From: Neocallimastix sp. 'constans'
Taxonomy: Eukaryota
Direction of reading: 5' to 3'
Assembly (NCBI GenBank): GCA_050613775.1
Contig: JBODTK010000111.1
Span: 434,001 to 498,000 of the forward strand
DNA: 64,000 nucleotides
Under the pieces are notes generated by a model. That model saw only the letters and a list, made by a program, of their open reading frames with translations, was not told the DNA's origin and ran no database searches. This document shows positions 37,541 to 52,275 of the stretch, piece by piece; within the stretch, counting starts at the first letter, position 1; every line of letters starts with the position of its first letter. The position numbers were made by a program, and so were the translations under genes.

Positions 37541-40036
37541 TTTTTTTTTTTTTTTAACGGTAGCAAACTTGTTTCATCTTTATTAATTAAATATTTGAAA
37601 AAATACATGTAATAAAAAAAAAAAAAAAAAAAAAAAAAAGATAAAAAAATAAACAAAACAAAAAAATAAACAAAACAAAAAAAAAACACAAAATAAAATA
37701 AAATAAAATAATGGTATAAAACATTCTAGTTTCATTTAATTAATATCTGTAAGACTTCACTTCACAAGGGCATTATTATACTGAAATATAATAATTAATT
37801 TTGATTTCCCAATGTTAATCATAACTTTAAGATACAAAATTATGATCTTCATTGGTTGCGCTAGCCCTGTTGGCCTGTCTTACTGTTTCTTCAGCATTGA
37901 CACTCTTGGTAGTAGTAGTACGATTCGATTTGAACCTATTGAACAAAGACCATTGCTGGCCAATAGCAATAGGTATAATCGATTGAAGAAGAGCCGCAGT
38001 AACCACCAAGAATGGAGTATCAGAATAAGCACCTGATTTCATCTGGCACTTAAATAGATCCTTCCATTCCCTTGTACTATTATTAATACTTCGACCTCTA
38101 AGAAGGAAATTAAACACTTTTTTCACACACACTAGAATCAACATACACATTATTTTCAATACAATTACTAACATTACTAATAATACTATTACTAATATTA
38201 CGATAACTATTATTTTCTCGAATTGAAATAAAGAAACTAACACTTTCTTCTTTATTACGAAATCCAAATTGCTCAGGCCTAATAAAATGATTTTTAAGTC
38301 CATATTCTGAAATTCTTTTGGAGACTATTTTCGAAATGAGTTTTATATCATTGTTAATCAGAGAGATACCTCGATAATTGTCACAATCAAAAAGATCATC
38401 TCCTTTTTTAGGAATAGATATAATACTTGCTTCATTCCATGTGCTAGGAAATTCTCCATTCCAAATTCTAGAATATATCTTCTGTAAACAATTTAAACCG
38501 GAACCAGAATAATTTACTGAATTTTCGTCATCAGGAAGAATTAAAGCTTTATAAAATTCAATAGGAATTCCATCCGGGTCTGAAGCTTTATAATTTGGAG
38601 TAGCTAAAATTGATTCTTTAATTTCCTCTATACTGATGTCTTGATTTATATCTCATTCATTATGTCTCGTATACCTGATTGTACCATTGGAAAATTTATT
38701 AGACCATTCGATTAATGCACTATTGATATCAGAATGGCTTGATGCAAGATTTTTATAATGATTTTGCCATACTTCTAACTGTTCTTTAGTAGAAATAGCT
38801 AATTTAATTTACCATTTTTGTCCTTTACTGGTGAAATTGACATACTTTTAAATTTATCTACTTTTGCTGTTGTTTTAAGTCATTTCCAAGCTTTCTTTGG
38901 GTTATGAGATTTCATATATTCACATCCTGTATTGATCCAATGTTGGTATTCACTTTTCCTATAAATATTACACATATCATGAATAATTTTGCACATTCTA
39001 TTATATTTTTCAATTAATTCTTCAAATTCATCTAAATTATGATAAGAACCTCTTCCTTTAATGGCTTTATATAATTTCATTTTGAGTTTTTTGCAAATTA
39101 AATACTTTCTGTGACATATGAAAAAAAGATTTTCTTACCTCTGACATTGACATGATATTAAGTTCTTTAGCAATATTGAATGAAGTTAATATAAATTTCT
39201 TAGAAATATCATTAATACTAATATTAGGATCTGGAATCACTTCCTCTAATACACTAAAATAGTTATTGTCAAAAACTGATTCTTTTTCATTTATACATTT
39301 TAATCTATCCCATTTAACTGTCTTTTTGGGCAGAGAGAAAGAATTATCTTAATTATCTAATGAAAAACATTAACCTTTTATTAATAAAGGCTTATGATCC
39401 GAAATGGGGGGGAAAGTCAATAAAGGTACCATATGAAAGTAAATATAACATATGATCATTGACAATCGCATGATCTATATCAGATTCTCTATTACCTCTA
39501 CTCCATGAAATTGAGGAGCCCTATAAGGGAAGAATTTTTCAATTACTAAATTTAGAGAGCAAATTACCCAATTTCTCAGTAGATAAATTAAAATCATCAA
39601 CCAGCATTGAAGGATGAGAAGAGTGACTATTTAACCAAGACAAAATTTCAATTCTAGTAGCTCTAGCATGAAGGTTATGGCCACTATGAGGTACGTACAC
39701 ATTACCAATGGAACATTTAGTGAAATTCCAAAAGTTATAAGTATACAAAGAAATAATATACTCATAAGTGTTGTTTTCAAGAGAGGCTTGACAAGAATTA
39801 TGAAACCCTATAATAAAGTCCTCTTTTACCGGGAATTTCATTATTACCTTTCTTGAAGAAATGTTCATAGTTTTTTAATGATACTCGACATGGATATTTA
39901 CTATTAGAACCTGAACCATTTCCTGTTTCTTGAAAGCATAAGAAAAGAGGTTTGTACATTGAAATAAAGAATTCAACACTGTCTTTTTTTTATCAAAGTT
40001 CCATCCATTAGTATTCCAACTGACACATAGAGAAAA
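37541..40036 (-). mobile_element. Degenerate, internally deleted APE-RT LINE (family C) nested in family A
   Basis: APE motifs VSWNTNG, QET, NVYVP, DDFN, DIDHAI, SDHKP; RT N-terminal motifs KASDPDGIPIEFYK, IPKKGD, NYRGISLIN; C-terminal LLRGRS..TKSVN; poly(A) at 37541-37555; many stops and frameshifts. Confidence 0.85.
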
Positions 40037-40465
40037 ATAGTCCTTTTCTAAATCTAAAGAAACATCCAAATATTTTTGTTCAATTATCATTTCAAACTTC
40101 AAAAAAAGATCATCCAGAAAAGGTAAAGACTTATTTCTGTAATTTTTCAATTCTTTACAGACAAAGATCCAGTTAGAAAAGCTAGGTACACTAACACCAC
40201 AACATGGGCAACATTTAGAACAATCTTCTGAGACTATGTTTCTTTTAATTGGAAATATTATTACTATATGTAATAATTTTTTTATAAAAAATAAATAAAT
40301 AAATAAATAATTTCAACAATAAAAATAACATAAAAAAAAAAAAAAAAAAAAAAAACTATAAATTTAGAGTAAATGATCATATAACATACACACAAAAATA
40401 ATAATAAAAAAATAAAAAATTAAAATTGATTTGTATTATTTTATTTTTATTTTTACTTTATTTTT

Positions 40466-40721
40466 ATTTTATTTATTATTTATGTTAAATTAAATATTAG
40501 TTTTAAGCTAATTTCTATTTTATTTATTATTTATGTTAAATTAAATATTAGTTTTAAGCTAATTTCTATTTTATTTATTATTTATGTTAAATTAAATATT
40601 AGTTTTAAGCTAATTTCTATTTTATTTATTATTTATGTTAAATTAAATATTAGTTTTAAGCTAATTTCTATTTTATTTATTATTTATGTTAAATTAAATA
40701 TTAGTTTTAAGCTAATTTCTA
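40466..40721. repeat. 51-bp tandem repeat, 5 apparently identical copies
   Basis: TATGTTAAAT recurs at 40481, 40532, 40583, 40634 and 40685. Confidence 0.93.
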
Positions 40722-40887
40722 CCATATAAGGTAGTAGGATAATAATAATAATAATAATAATATAATTATATATAATATATTATTATTCTTTTTTTTTTTT
40801 TAAAAAATTAATAGTTAAGTATTAGAAAAGATGAAAAGTGCGATATGGTATAAATATAATACAATTAAATGATATTAAATAATATTT

Positions 40888-42084
40888 CTACATTAAGAAA
40901 ACTTTCTTGAATTGTCCTAGTCGACCCCATGCTACATAAAAATCATTGGTCTTTTGTCCCATCATTTGTCTTCTCTTGGAATAATTCTTTAATTGAGTAC
41001 GGGCTGTTTTCATCTTTTCTAGACGCTCTTTTTCTATTGTCATACCACTACTACCGATTTCATAATATCCTAAGGCTTTATATTTTTCACTTAAAGGCAT
41101 TAATGCCATTGAGTTAGAATGATCATGTTCACGAAGATTTTGATTATAATATCTTTTATAATCACGATGTCCTATATGAACTCCACTTGGTAAAATAAGT
41201 TCTGTACCTTCGGAGGTTACTGTTAATGCTTGTGGATGTTCAATATTAGTAATAGTACCCTCCTTTTCTTTTCCTTCATTTGCATTTTCTACTTCTTCTT
41301 CATCATCATCATCATCAAGTGAACTGAAATCATAAAAGTTGGCTATTTCTAAATCTGGTCCATCTTCATAACTGATCTTTGTGTGACCTTTAGCTAACAT
41401 ATGCTTTCTTACTGATTCTAAACTATGGAACATTTTTTCACAATAGATACAAGTATTACCTATGGATATTTTTTCTCCTAAATATCTTATTAATCCTTTT
41501 AAACTTGCTAAATATTCAACATCAGGTACGAAGAAAGTATGTTCTATCGTCATATGTTCCATTTTTTCCTCAAAAGTTTTACCTTTAAAGTTACAGAATA
41601 AACATTCAGTTTCTTCTAATTTTCTTGACATTTTTATTTTTTCATCAAGTACCTTATTAAATTCTTCTTCTGTTTTAGCTTCTGCAAATCTCTTTTTCCA
41701 ATTTATTCTTGGTTCTTTACCATTTTCATTTTCTGAAAAATCGGAAAGATCATCATCTGTATCCATAGCTGCCTTACTTTTTTTATAATTGGCAACATTT
41801 TCAATATGCTTTTTAGAAAGTTCATGATTTTTAAAAGCATTTTCTGTATTGAATACTTTTTTACAGGCTTCACAATTCCATACTTGTTTTTCATCAGTTT
41901 GTTCAAATAATTGTTTTTTAATTTTTTCATTAAATTCTGATTCTGTTATGTATGGAAGACCTGCAACTTTTCTTTTTAAATTATATTTATGCCATTCTTT
42001 TTTATAATGTGCTCTATGCTCTTCTTGATTAGAAAAAACGGCATTACATGTTGAACATGTATACGAAGATCCGGTTGTTTCCAT
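40888..42084 (-). CDS. REI1: Cytoplasmic pre-60S maturation factor REI1/REH1/ZNF622 homolog, intronless copy
   Basis: YTCSTC..HYKKEWHKYNLKRKVAGLP, C2H2 fingers, CLFC..HM..EHTFFVPD, YLGEKI, CIYC..HMLAKGH, ELILPSGVHIGHR. Confidence 0.92.
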   Translation of the reverse strand: METTGSSYTCSTCNAVFSNQEEHRAHYKKEWHKYNLKRKVAGLPYITESEFNEKIKKQLFEQTDEKQVWNCEACKKVFNTENAFKNHELSKKHIENVANYKKSKAAMDTDDDLSDFSENENGKEPRINWKKRFAEAKTEEEFNKVLDEKIKMSRKLEETECLFCNFKGKTFEEKMEHMTIEHTFFVPDVEYLASLKGLIRYLGEKISIGNTCIYCEKMFHSLESVRKHMLAKGHTKISYEDGPDLEIANFYDFSSLDDDDDEEEVENANEGKEKEGTITNIEHPQALTVTSEGTELILPSGVHIGHRDYKRYYNQNLREHDHSNSMALMPLSEKYKALGYYEIGSSGMTIEKERLEKMKTARTQLKNYSKRRQMMGQKTNDFYVAWGRLGQFKKVFLM

Positions 42085-43654
42085 ATTGTATATTTTTTTT
42101 TTTTCTTTTTTCCTTTATAACTTTTTTTTACTTTTTTTCTTCTTGCTTTTTTTTTTTTTTTTTTTTTTTATTTATATTATAATGATTTAATTATTTAATG
42201 ATCAAAAAAATAAAATTGTAATAAAAATATTAAAAAAAAAAAAAGAAGAAAATTTCTTGGGTATTTATATTAAAAAATTTGTATATTATTTTTTAATTTA
42301 TATTATCATTAACTAAATAAATCTTATTATTAATAAAATTAAAATAATAAAATTATTGATTATATATAAATTACTTCTCCACAACTTTTTATAAATAAAT
42401 TAATTATAAATAGAATATTTTTAATATAATTCTAAATTAATCAATATATTAATGTTTATCTATTTAAATAGATTGATTATAATAGTAATATATTATAAAT
42501 TATCATAATTAATTATCAAAATTCTTTAATAATTATAGTTTTATCATTTAATATAAATTGGTAAAATGTTAAAGCATCATTTAAAAATTAATAATAAATA
42601 GTAAAAACATCTTTTTTTTTTTTTTCTCTCTATCTCGCTTTTTTTTTTTTTTTTTTTTAATTTTATAATTTTTATTTGATTTTTTAAAAAAAATAAAATT
42701 ATATAAAAAAAGTTTAATATAATAAAAATACTATTAAAAAAAATATATATATATATATATTTTCTGTTTTTTTTTTTTTCTTCATTTTTTTTTTAATCAT
42801 TAAATTAAATCAAATGTTTCATTGGTTAATAGTCAATAAATATTTTAGAAAATAAATATTGAAATAATCTATTATATTATTATATATATATGTATATAAA
42901 ACTTTACTACATATAATTAATTATTACTTTATTATTACCATACTCGTCAATACATCCTTTGAATTAACCTTTTACTCATATAACATCTTTTTTATTGGCA
43001 TTACATTTTGCTTTATCACTTAACAATACAAATTTAAAAAATATGAATGTATGTGTTATTATAGATCTGATTATGGAAGAATTGTTTTTACATTATTTTA
43101 TATATAATGTTAAATTAGGCACAAAATTTTTATTTTATGTTTTTTCTATTTTTTTTTTTTTTTATTTTATTTTTTTTTTATATATTGGATTTTTTTTTTT
43201 TTTTAGAAAATAAAAATTAATAAAACATAAATTGTCTTTAATTTAATTTAATATATCAGTAAAAACTTTTATAAATATTCTATAATATAATGTTTTATTA
43301 TTATTTTATTATTTTATTATCATTGATTGACATAAAATTTCACTGTTATTTAAATACAATTATAATTTTAATTTCATTATTTAAATACAATTTTAATTTT
43401 AATTTCATTAGTTATTGTAATTATTATTATTGTTGTTGTTAATAATCAAGATTATTATTTAATAATTATATAATAATAATATAGACTTAATTTAATATAA
43501 AAATGTATATACATATAAAATTTATGATATAAAACAAATATGTGTATTAGTATACTTTTATATTTAGTAATAATTAAATATTGAAATTTATATCTTTTCT
43601 TAATAATAATTTTTATAATATCTTATTTTAATTATATATATATATCCAATTATA

Positions 43655-43743
43655 TATTAAATAGAATAGTTATTTTATTTTATATATATTTATATATAAT
43701 TTAATATAATATATATAAAATAAAATAACTATTCTATTTAATA
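43655..43743. repeat. Perfect 36-bp inverted repeat with 17-nt spacer
   Basis: 43655-43690 is the exact reverse complement of 43708-43743. Confidence 0.85.
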
Positions 43744-44267
43744 ATTTTATTATAATTAATATTATTATTTATTATATATAATATAATAAATAATAACTAT
43801 TAATATAATTAAATAAAATTATTTATTATTATAGTTATAATATATATTTATGTAAACTTTAATATTTATTTTTAAATATATTTATATTTAAAATATTTTA
43901 TAATTAAAATTAAAATTATTTTATAGTATTATTTTTAAATTTTTTTTTGTATTAAAAAAAAAAAAAAAAAAGGTATAAATAATCCATAACTAGGTTGTTA
44001 TAATAAATATTTATTAAAATAATAATAATTATTAGCAAAGAATAATAAATTATAGTTTTTTTTTATTATTAAAAAACAACCAGCCAGTGCACATAAAAGT
44101 CCCATATATCATTTATTATAACATATGCTTATTTAAGTTTAGGAAAGTACATTTTTTAAAAGTCTAACAATTGTTTACATAAATATATAAAATAAAGTGT
44201 TAATAATTATTATTAATATAAAACAAGGTGTTATTTTGTCTTTGTGTCTTTTCTACTGATAGTCGGC

Positions 44268-44914
<647 letters not shown>

Positions 44915-45684
44915 TTTAAATATATAAATATAAATATTTTAAAATATAAATAATCTTTTATTTTTAATATTTTATATACAATCAAAAAAAAAAATTTTTT
45001 TACCAACAAAAAGATATAAAAGTTTTGGCATTTGCATTTCGTAACGTGTAACGTGGTTTTTGGGCATATGATTTTGAAATGCGGCGTTAAATTGTTTATG
45101 AAAAGTGGCTTAACTTATATTAAATAAGTAAAATAGATAATAAATAATAAAATAATATTTAATAATATTTAATTCTAATAAAAAAAAAAAATTTAAATAT
45201 TTAAACTTTATTTTATTGTTAAAATAATAATAAAATATTATTTTTATTTTATTTTTTTTTTTTTATTTTTTAGTTTACACATTGACTATTTTATTGTTAA
45301 AATAATAATAAAATGTTTATTTTTTATTTTTTAATTTACACATTGATAACAACTAATAATATAATTATATATTAACATATATATATTTTTTATTATTATT
45401 TTTCAAAACTTTTTCACTATTTATTAGATTATTGTTTTGATATATATTTAATTAAATTTATTTTTAATAGTTATGTAATTTTTTTACATTCATATATATA
45501 TATTTTTCCTTTTTTTTTTTTTTTTTTTTTTATTTTTTTTTATTTTTATTATTTATAATATTTTAATATAATTATTTTATTTTTGGTATAAAAAGATAAT
45601 AATTTATTTATTATTATTATTATTTTTTTTTTTTTTTTTTTTTTTGGAAAATTTATAAGATTAATATTTTAATTTTAAAAAAAT

Positions 45685-47482
45685 TTAACGAATAAAGACT
45701 CTCTTGAAATTTCCACGACGACCCCATGGAACGTAAAAATCGTTTGTTTTTTCTCCCATGGTTTGTTTTTTCTTGGAATAATTCTTTAATTGTACACGAG
45801 CATTTTTCATCTTTTCTAGACGCTCTTTTTCAATTGTCATTCCGCTGCTACCCTTTTCATAATAACCTAATGCTTCATATTTTTCATCCAAAGGCATTAA
45901 CGCCATTGAATTAGAATGATCACGCTCACGAAGATTTTGATTATAATATTTTTTATAATCACGGTGTCCAACATGAACACCACTTGGTAGAATAAGCTCA
46001 GTACCTTCAGAAGTTATTGCTAATGCGTGTGAATTACTATTATTACTTTCTCCATTTTCAATTTCCATGTCATCATCATCATCTAATACACTGAAATCAT
46101 AAAAATTTGATATTTCTAAATCTGGTCCATCTTCATAACTAATTTTTGTGTGACCTTTTGCTAACATATGTTTTCTTACTGCTTCTAAACTCTGGAACAT
46201 TTTTTCACAATAGATACAAGTATTACCAATGGATATTTTTTCTCCTAAATAAGTCATTAATCCTTTTACACTTGCTAAATATTCAACATCTGGTATAAAG
46301 AATGTATGTTCAACTGTCATATGTTCCATTTTTCTAATAAATAATAATATTAATATTATTATTATTATTAATTTTTCATTAAAAAAAAACAAACATACAA
46401 ATAAATAAATAAATAAATATATAATTAAAATTATTTATTATTATAGTTATTTAATTATATATTATTAATATATATATATATATTTTTATTTAGCAATAAG
46501 CTTAGAAAAGTAAATAAAAATATTAATTATTTAATTATTGCTTATATAAAAATAATAATAAATAAATAAATAAATAAATAAAAAAAAAAAAAAAAACACT
46601 TACTTTTCAAAAGTTTCTCCTTTGAAATCACAGAATATACATTCTGTTTCTTCTAATTTTCTTGATAATTTTATTTTCTCATCTAATATTTTATTAAATT
46701 CTTCATCCGTTTGTGCTTCAGCAAATCTCTTTTTCCAATTAATTTTTGGCTCTTTTAGATTACCATTTTCATCTTCCGATAAATCAGAAGAATCATCATT
46801 CATCGTAGCTTTTTTATTTTCAAAAATTACAACATTATCCATATGCTTTTTTGAAAGTTCATGATTTTTATAAGCATTTTCAGTGTTAAAAACTTTTCTA
46901 AATAATTTAATAATACATAAAGGAATTAAATAATTAATTTTTAATTTTTAATTTCATAATTTTTTAATTATTTCTTTTTGTCACCTGCAATTATTAATTT
47001 TTTAATTATTACATAATTATAATACTTTTTATTGTATTCATAACACTATTATGTTCAATTTAAAATAAATACTAAACTTACTTGCAAACTTCACAATTCC
47101 AAGTCTCTACTTTATTAGCATTTTCATCTTCTTCAAGTTTTTTCCCTATTATTATTATTATTATTTAATTATTTTTTTATTATTGTTATTTTTAAATAAA
47201 GAGTTATTATTTCACATCTTTACTATGTTCAATTATTTAACATATATTTAAATCAAAATTTTTTATTATATTGATTTAAAAAACTAATAATTATTATTAT
47301 ATTAAATATTTACTAATTTTTTCTTCAAATTCTGGTTCCGTAATTGAAGGAAGACCAGCAACTTTTCTTTTTAAATTATACTTATGCCAATCTTGTTTAT
47401 AGTGGTCTCTTTGATTTTCTGAATTTTGAAATAAAACTTTACAAGTTAAACAGGTATATATTGAAGAATTATTTGATTCCAT
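45685..47482 (-). CDS. REI1: REI1/ZNF622 homolog, 4-exon copy (47314-47482, 47082-47145, 46604-46897, 45685-46333; 391 aa)
   Basis: GT..AG introns with matching phases; the spliced protein is colinear with the 40888-42084 product. Confidence 0.92.
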
Positions 47483-47919
47483 ATTCTCGTTTTATAAAAC
47501 AATTAATCAATTAATTTCTTTTAAAATAATAAAAATATATTTCTTAATGTAGTCTTGATAATTTTATTATTATATACTTAAAAAGTATAAAATTATACAA
47601 AAACAGTGTTCTATTTATATGTAATATTTTTTAATAAACTAATTATTTACTATATTTATTTCTAATTAAATATATATAAATTATCTATAATAATAAATTA
47701 ATTTTTTTTTTGTATTACTATATTTATTAATATCATAATTAATAATCATAACTAATAATCATAATGAATAATCATAATTAATAATGATTATTAATAATGA
47801 TTATTAATAAAGGATAATTTATGAACTATTTATTATATTAGTATATATTAATTATTTTTCCTTTTTAATAAATAATTTATTAATTTAATTAATTAGATAT
47901 AAACTTTATTTTATGTATA

Positions 47920-47954
<35 letters not shown>

Positions 47955-48388
47955 ACCAAATTATTAATATAAAATTATTATTAGTTCTAATTATATTTTC
48001 AAAAAAAATCTTTTTTTTTTAGAAAAATTAAAAAATTAGATTTACAATTTTTGTTAATAATAATTTGTTCTTTTCCTCGATTAGTTTCACATAATTTCAA
48101 TATTTATATTTATATTTGCTTCCATTTATAATAAAATATTTTAAATAAATATTTAAATAATATTTTCTTCCATTTATAATAAAATATTTTAAATAAATAT
48201 TTAAATAAATATATTTAATTATATATACTACTATAAAAAATCTTTTTAATAAATATATTTTAAGTTTTCTATAATTTTTTTATAGTTTTTAATTATTTAG
48301 AATTTTTTTAAAGTATTTTATAAGAAAATATCTTATGATGTTTAAAAAATAAAATATTTATTTAATAATTTGTTTTTATATTTATAAT

Positions 48389-48880
48389 ATATTTAATCCG
48401 TATATTTGATTATGAAATATTTTTAAGAATATATTTTAATTTTTAATATTTAAAAACAAAAATATTTATTTAATAATTTACTATTAATATTTAATTATTT
48501 ATGTTAATTATAAAGCGTTTTAAAGAGAATTTTTAATTTTTTTAAATACTAGAAAATGTTATAGGGTTAGGGTTATATATATAAATTTATTATATATATT
48601 TTATTATTTATTTAAAAATTTGTTTTTATATTAAATTGCTTAATTATATTCATATATTTAATCCGTATATTTGATTATGAAATATTTTTAAGAATATATT
48701 TTAATTTTTAATATTTAAAAACAAAAATATTTATTTAATAATTTACTATTAATATTTAATTATTTATGTAATTAATATTAATTATAAAATATTTAAAGAG
48801 AATTTTTAATTTTTTTTAAATACTAGAAAATAATATAGGGTTAGGGTTATATATACAAATTTTTTATATATATTTATTAT
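48389..48880. repeat. ~265-bp direct tandem duplication, each unit carrying TAGGGTTAGGGTTA
   Basis: atccgtatatttgattatg at 48396 and 48661; telomere-like motif near 48562 and 48836. Confidence 0.8.
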
Positions 48881-50605
48881 TTTAATTTATATTTAATTAT
48901 TTATTATTTAGTAATATTATTTAAATTTAATTATTTATTATAAATAGATTAATATTTATTATTCAGTTTTTTTTTGTTAGGAGGTAATTAAGAAAACCAT
49001 TTTTATTTTTTATCATTTAACACAGTTTTATTTATTATTAAACCTGATTATAATTTATTTATTTATACATTTATTTATTTATTTATTTATTTTATTTATT
49101 TATTTATACATAATAGTATTAAAAAATATTAAAAAATTTATGGTGGTAAATTACATCAATATAAAAGCCATATTACGAAATACAACTTTCCGAAATTCAC
49201 CATATACTATTTAATGAATTAATAAAGATATATATAATTTACCAATTATGCGGAATTGTTCCGCTTTTAATAAAATGAACTATTTGAACTATTTCTAACT
49301 AAAAAATTAATTGGTGCTATATAAAAATGTATATACAAGTATAAATAAATAAATAAATAAATATACAAATATGACTAATTTAATTTAATTGGCTATTTGA
49401 ATTATTTTGAAATAATATATAATATTTCAATTATATATTTTATATTAAATATATTCATATAATATATAATAATTATATTTAATTATAGAAGAAAAAGAAA
49501 AAAAAATTTCTTTTTTTTTTTTTTTAATTTTATGTAATTATTGTTAAGTATACAAAAATATATTTGTTTTCTTTTAGTAATATATTAGATTGAACTTTTT
49601 ATAAAAGATTATTGTTAAATGCATAATTTAAATTTATTATCTAAATTAAAATAACAATAATCATAAAATAAAATATTAATGCTATAGAATAAATTGAAAA
49701 TACTTATGAATTATATATAGATATATATAATTATTATATTCTGTAGAAAAATAAAAATAAATAAAAATATAAAATTAATAAGTAAATAAAATAATATTTA
49801 TTTAAAAACTTAAAAACTTAATATTAAAATATATATTATATAAAAAATAATAAAGTGTAATTATTTAAAATGAAAAATATATGACAAAACTTTATAAAAA
49901 TTAATTTTAGTATTATATATAAATTATATAGACAATATAATGTTTATTATTATTGATTAATAAATTATTATAAATTAATCATACATTTGTATTAAAATGA
50001 ATAAATTTAATATATTAATTTAAATTGAAGAAAAAAAATTTTTTTTTTTTATGAAATATGAATATAAAAAATATAAATAGAAAGCTTTTTTTCTTCTTTT
50101 AACTTTTCAATCATTATCAAGGTAAGAAAAAAGTAATATAAATAAATAAAGAAATAATAAATAAAAAAAAAGGTATGTAAATAAAATTGATTTCAAAAAA
50201 TTATGTTTAATATCGTTTTATTTAATTTTTATTTTTATATTTATTTTTAATATTTTAATTTTTATTATTATTATTTTTTTTGTTTTTTGATTTGTATTAT
50301 TATTATTATTATTTTTTGTTTTGAAAAAGTGTTCAGTTGATATTCAAAAATATTAATGTATAAATAATATGAAAGTGTATAAATAAATAAATAAATTAAT
50401 GAATAAAATAAATAAATTTATAAAGTTAACTATCTTTATGAGTAATAAATTACTAAAAAAAGAGTTAATAAATTAAAAAAAAAATAGTATAAATAAAGAA
50501 TTAATAAAAATAGAGAAATAAATAAAATAAATAATAAATTGTTAATGTATTATAAACTAAAATATAATAATATACAATAATGAAAATGATTGGTAATAGG
50601 ATACA

Positions 50606-51592
50606 ATGGAACAATTAAATTTAGTTCAAGAATGGGATAAAACCTTCCCAAAAAGTGACAAAGTTAACCATAAGAAGGTTACTTTCCACAATAGATTTGG
50701 TATTACTTTAGCAGCTGATATGTATACTCCAAAGAATGCAACTGGTAAATTATCTGCTGTTGCCGTTTGTGGTGCCTTTGGTGCTGTTAAGGAGCAATGT
50801 AGTGGTTTATATGCTCAAGAATTAGCTGAAAGAGGATACTTAACTATTGCTTTTGATCCATCATTTACTGGTGAATCTGGTGGTAATGTTAGATATGTTG
50901 CTTCTCCAGATATTAATACTGAAGATTTCCAAGCAGCTGTTGATTTCTTATCTGTTCAAGAAAATGTTGACCCAGAACGTATTGGTATTCTTGGTATTTG
51001 TGGTTGGGGAGGTTTAGCTTTAAATACTGCTTGTGTTGATACCAGAGTTAAGGCTACCGTTACTACTACTATGTATGATATGACCAGAGTTACTGCTAAT
51101 GGATACTTCGACCAAGGTGATAATGAAGATGCAAGATATGAAAGTAAAAAGAATATGAATAAGCAAAGAATTGAGGATTATAAAAATGGTAATTATAAAT
51201 TAGGTGGTGGTGTTGTAGATCCACTTCCAGATGACGCTCCATTCTTTGTTAAGGATTATTATGATTACTATAAGACTAAGAGAGCTTATCATAAACGTTC
51301 ATTAAATTCTAATGGTGGTTGGAATATTACTTCTTCTTTACCATTTATTAATGCACCAATTCTTCATTACAGTAATGAAATTAGAAGTGCTGTTTTAATT
51401 ATTCACGGTGAAAAGGCTCATTCTTGCTACTTCAGTAAGGATGCTTATGCTAATATGATTAAGGACAGTAACTACAAAGATAATAAGGAATTATTAATTA
51501 TTCCAGGAGCTGTTCATACTGATCTTTACGATAGAAAAGATATTATTCCATTTGATAAGATTGATAATTTCTACAAGACTTATTTAAAGTAA
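50606..51592 (+). CDS. Alpha/beta hydrolase, YcjY-like with Cys nucleophile; bacterial-type, intronless
   Basis: EWDKTFPKS..VTFHNRFGITLAAD, GAVKEQ, AFDPSFTGESGG, GICGWGG, IHGEKAHS, GAVHTDLYD. Confidence 0.9.
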   Translation: MEQLNLVQEWDKTFPKSDKVNHKKVTFHNRFGITLAADMYTPKNATGKLSAVAVCGAFGAVKEQCSGLYAQELAERGYLTIAFDPSFTGESGGNVRYVASPDINTEDFQAAVDFLSVQENVDPERIGILGICGWGGLALNTACVDTRVKATVTTTMYDMTRVTANGYFDQGDNEDARYESKKNMNKQRIEDYKNGNYKLGGGVVDPLPDDAPFFVKDYYDYYKTKRAYHKRSLNSNGGWNITSSLPFINAPILHYSNEIRSAVLIIHGEKAHSCYFSKDAYANMIKDSNYKDNKELLIIPGAVHTDLYDRKDIIPFDKIDNFYKTYLK

Positions 51593-52221
51593 ATTTTGAA
51601 TTAAATTAAGAAATTTAAAATCAACACCTAAAAAAAAAAAAAAAAATAAATAATAAAAATAATTTTGTTTTTTATTAAACAAAAACAAAAATAAAAAATA
51701 AAAAATAAAAAATAAAAAATAAAAATAATTTTGTTTTTTATTTGTTAAACAAAAACAAAAAAAATAAAAAATAAAAATAATTATTTATATAATTTTTATT
51801 TTTAAAACAAATATTCTCAATATATATTAATAATATATATTCTATTATAAAAGAAATAAAAATAACAATGAAAATAAAATAAAAATAAAATAAAAATAAA
51901 AATAAAAATTAAAGTAAAAATAAAAAAGTTATTAAAAATAAAATTATTATGATTATAAAATGAAAGACTATTCCTTTGTAATATCAATAACTAATTCATT
52001 AATTTAAAAATTTATTGATTGCTATGTATTGATTTTTTTTTATTTTTATTTTAATTTTTTTTTTAAACTTGTATATATATATATATATATTTATATTCTA
52101 TGGGTAATTCATATTAATATATAAAATATGAGAATAACGACAAAAACATTAAAAAAATAGAATTATCGTATAAAAAAATATATATATATATTTTTTTTGT
52201 TGATTATTTTCTTAATAATTT

Positions 52222-52269
<48 letters not shown>

Positions 52270-52275
<6 letters not shown>

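Noticed and set aside
39875..40150. 91-aa ORF as a gene
   Set aside because: Chimeric reading frame across the family A / family C LINE junction
40466..40721. CRISPR-like array (also 14551-14742)
   Set aside because: Head-to-tail tandem units with no unique spacers, no cas genes, and a eukaryotic context
48561..48850. True telomere
   Set aside because: Only about two repeat units per site, in an internal position
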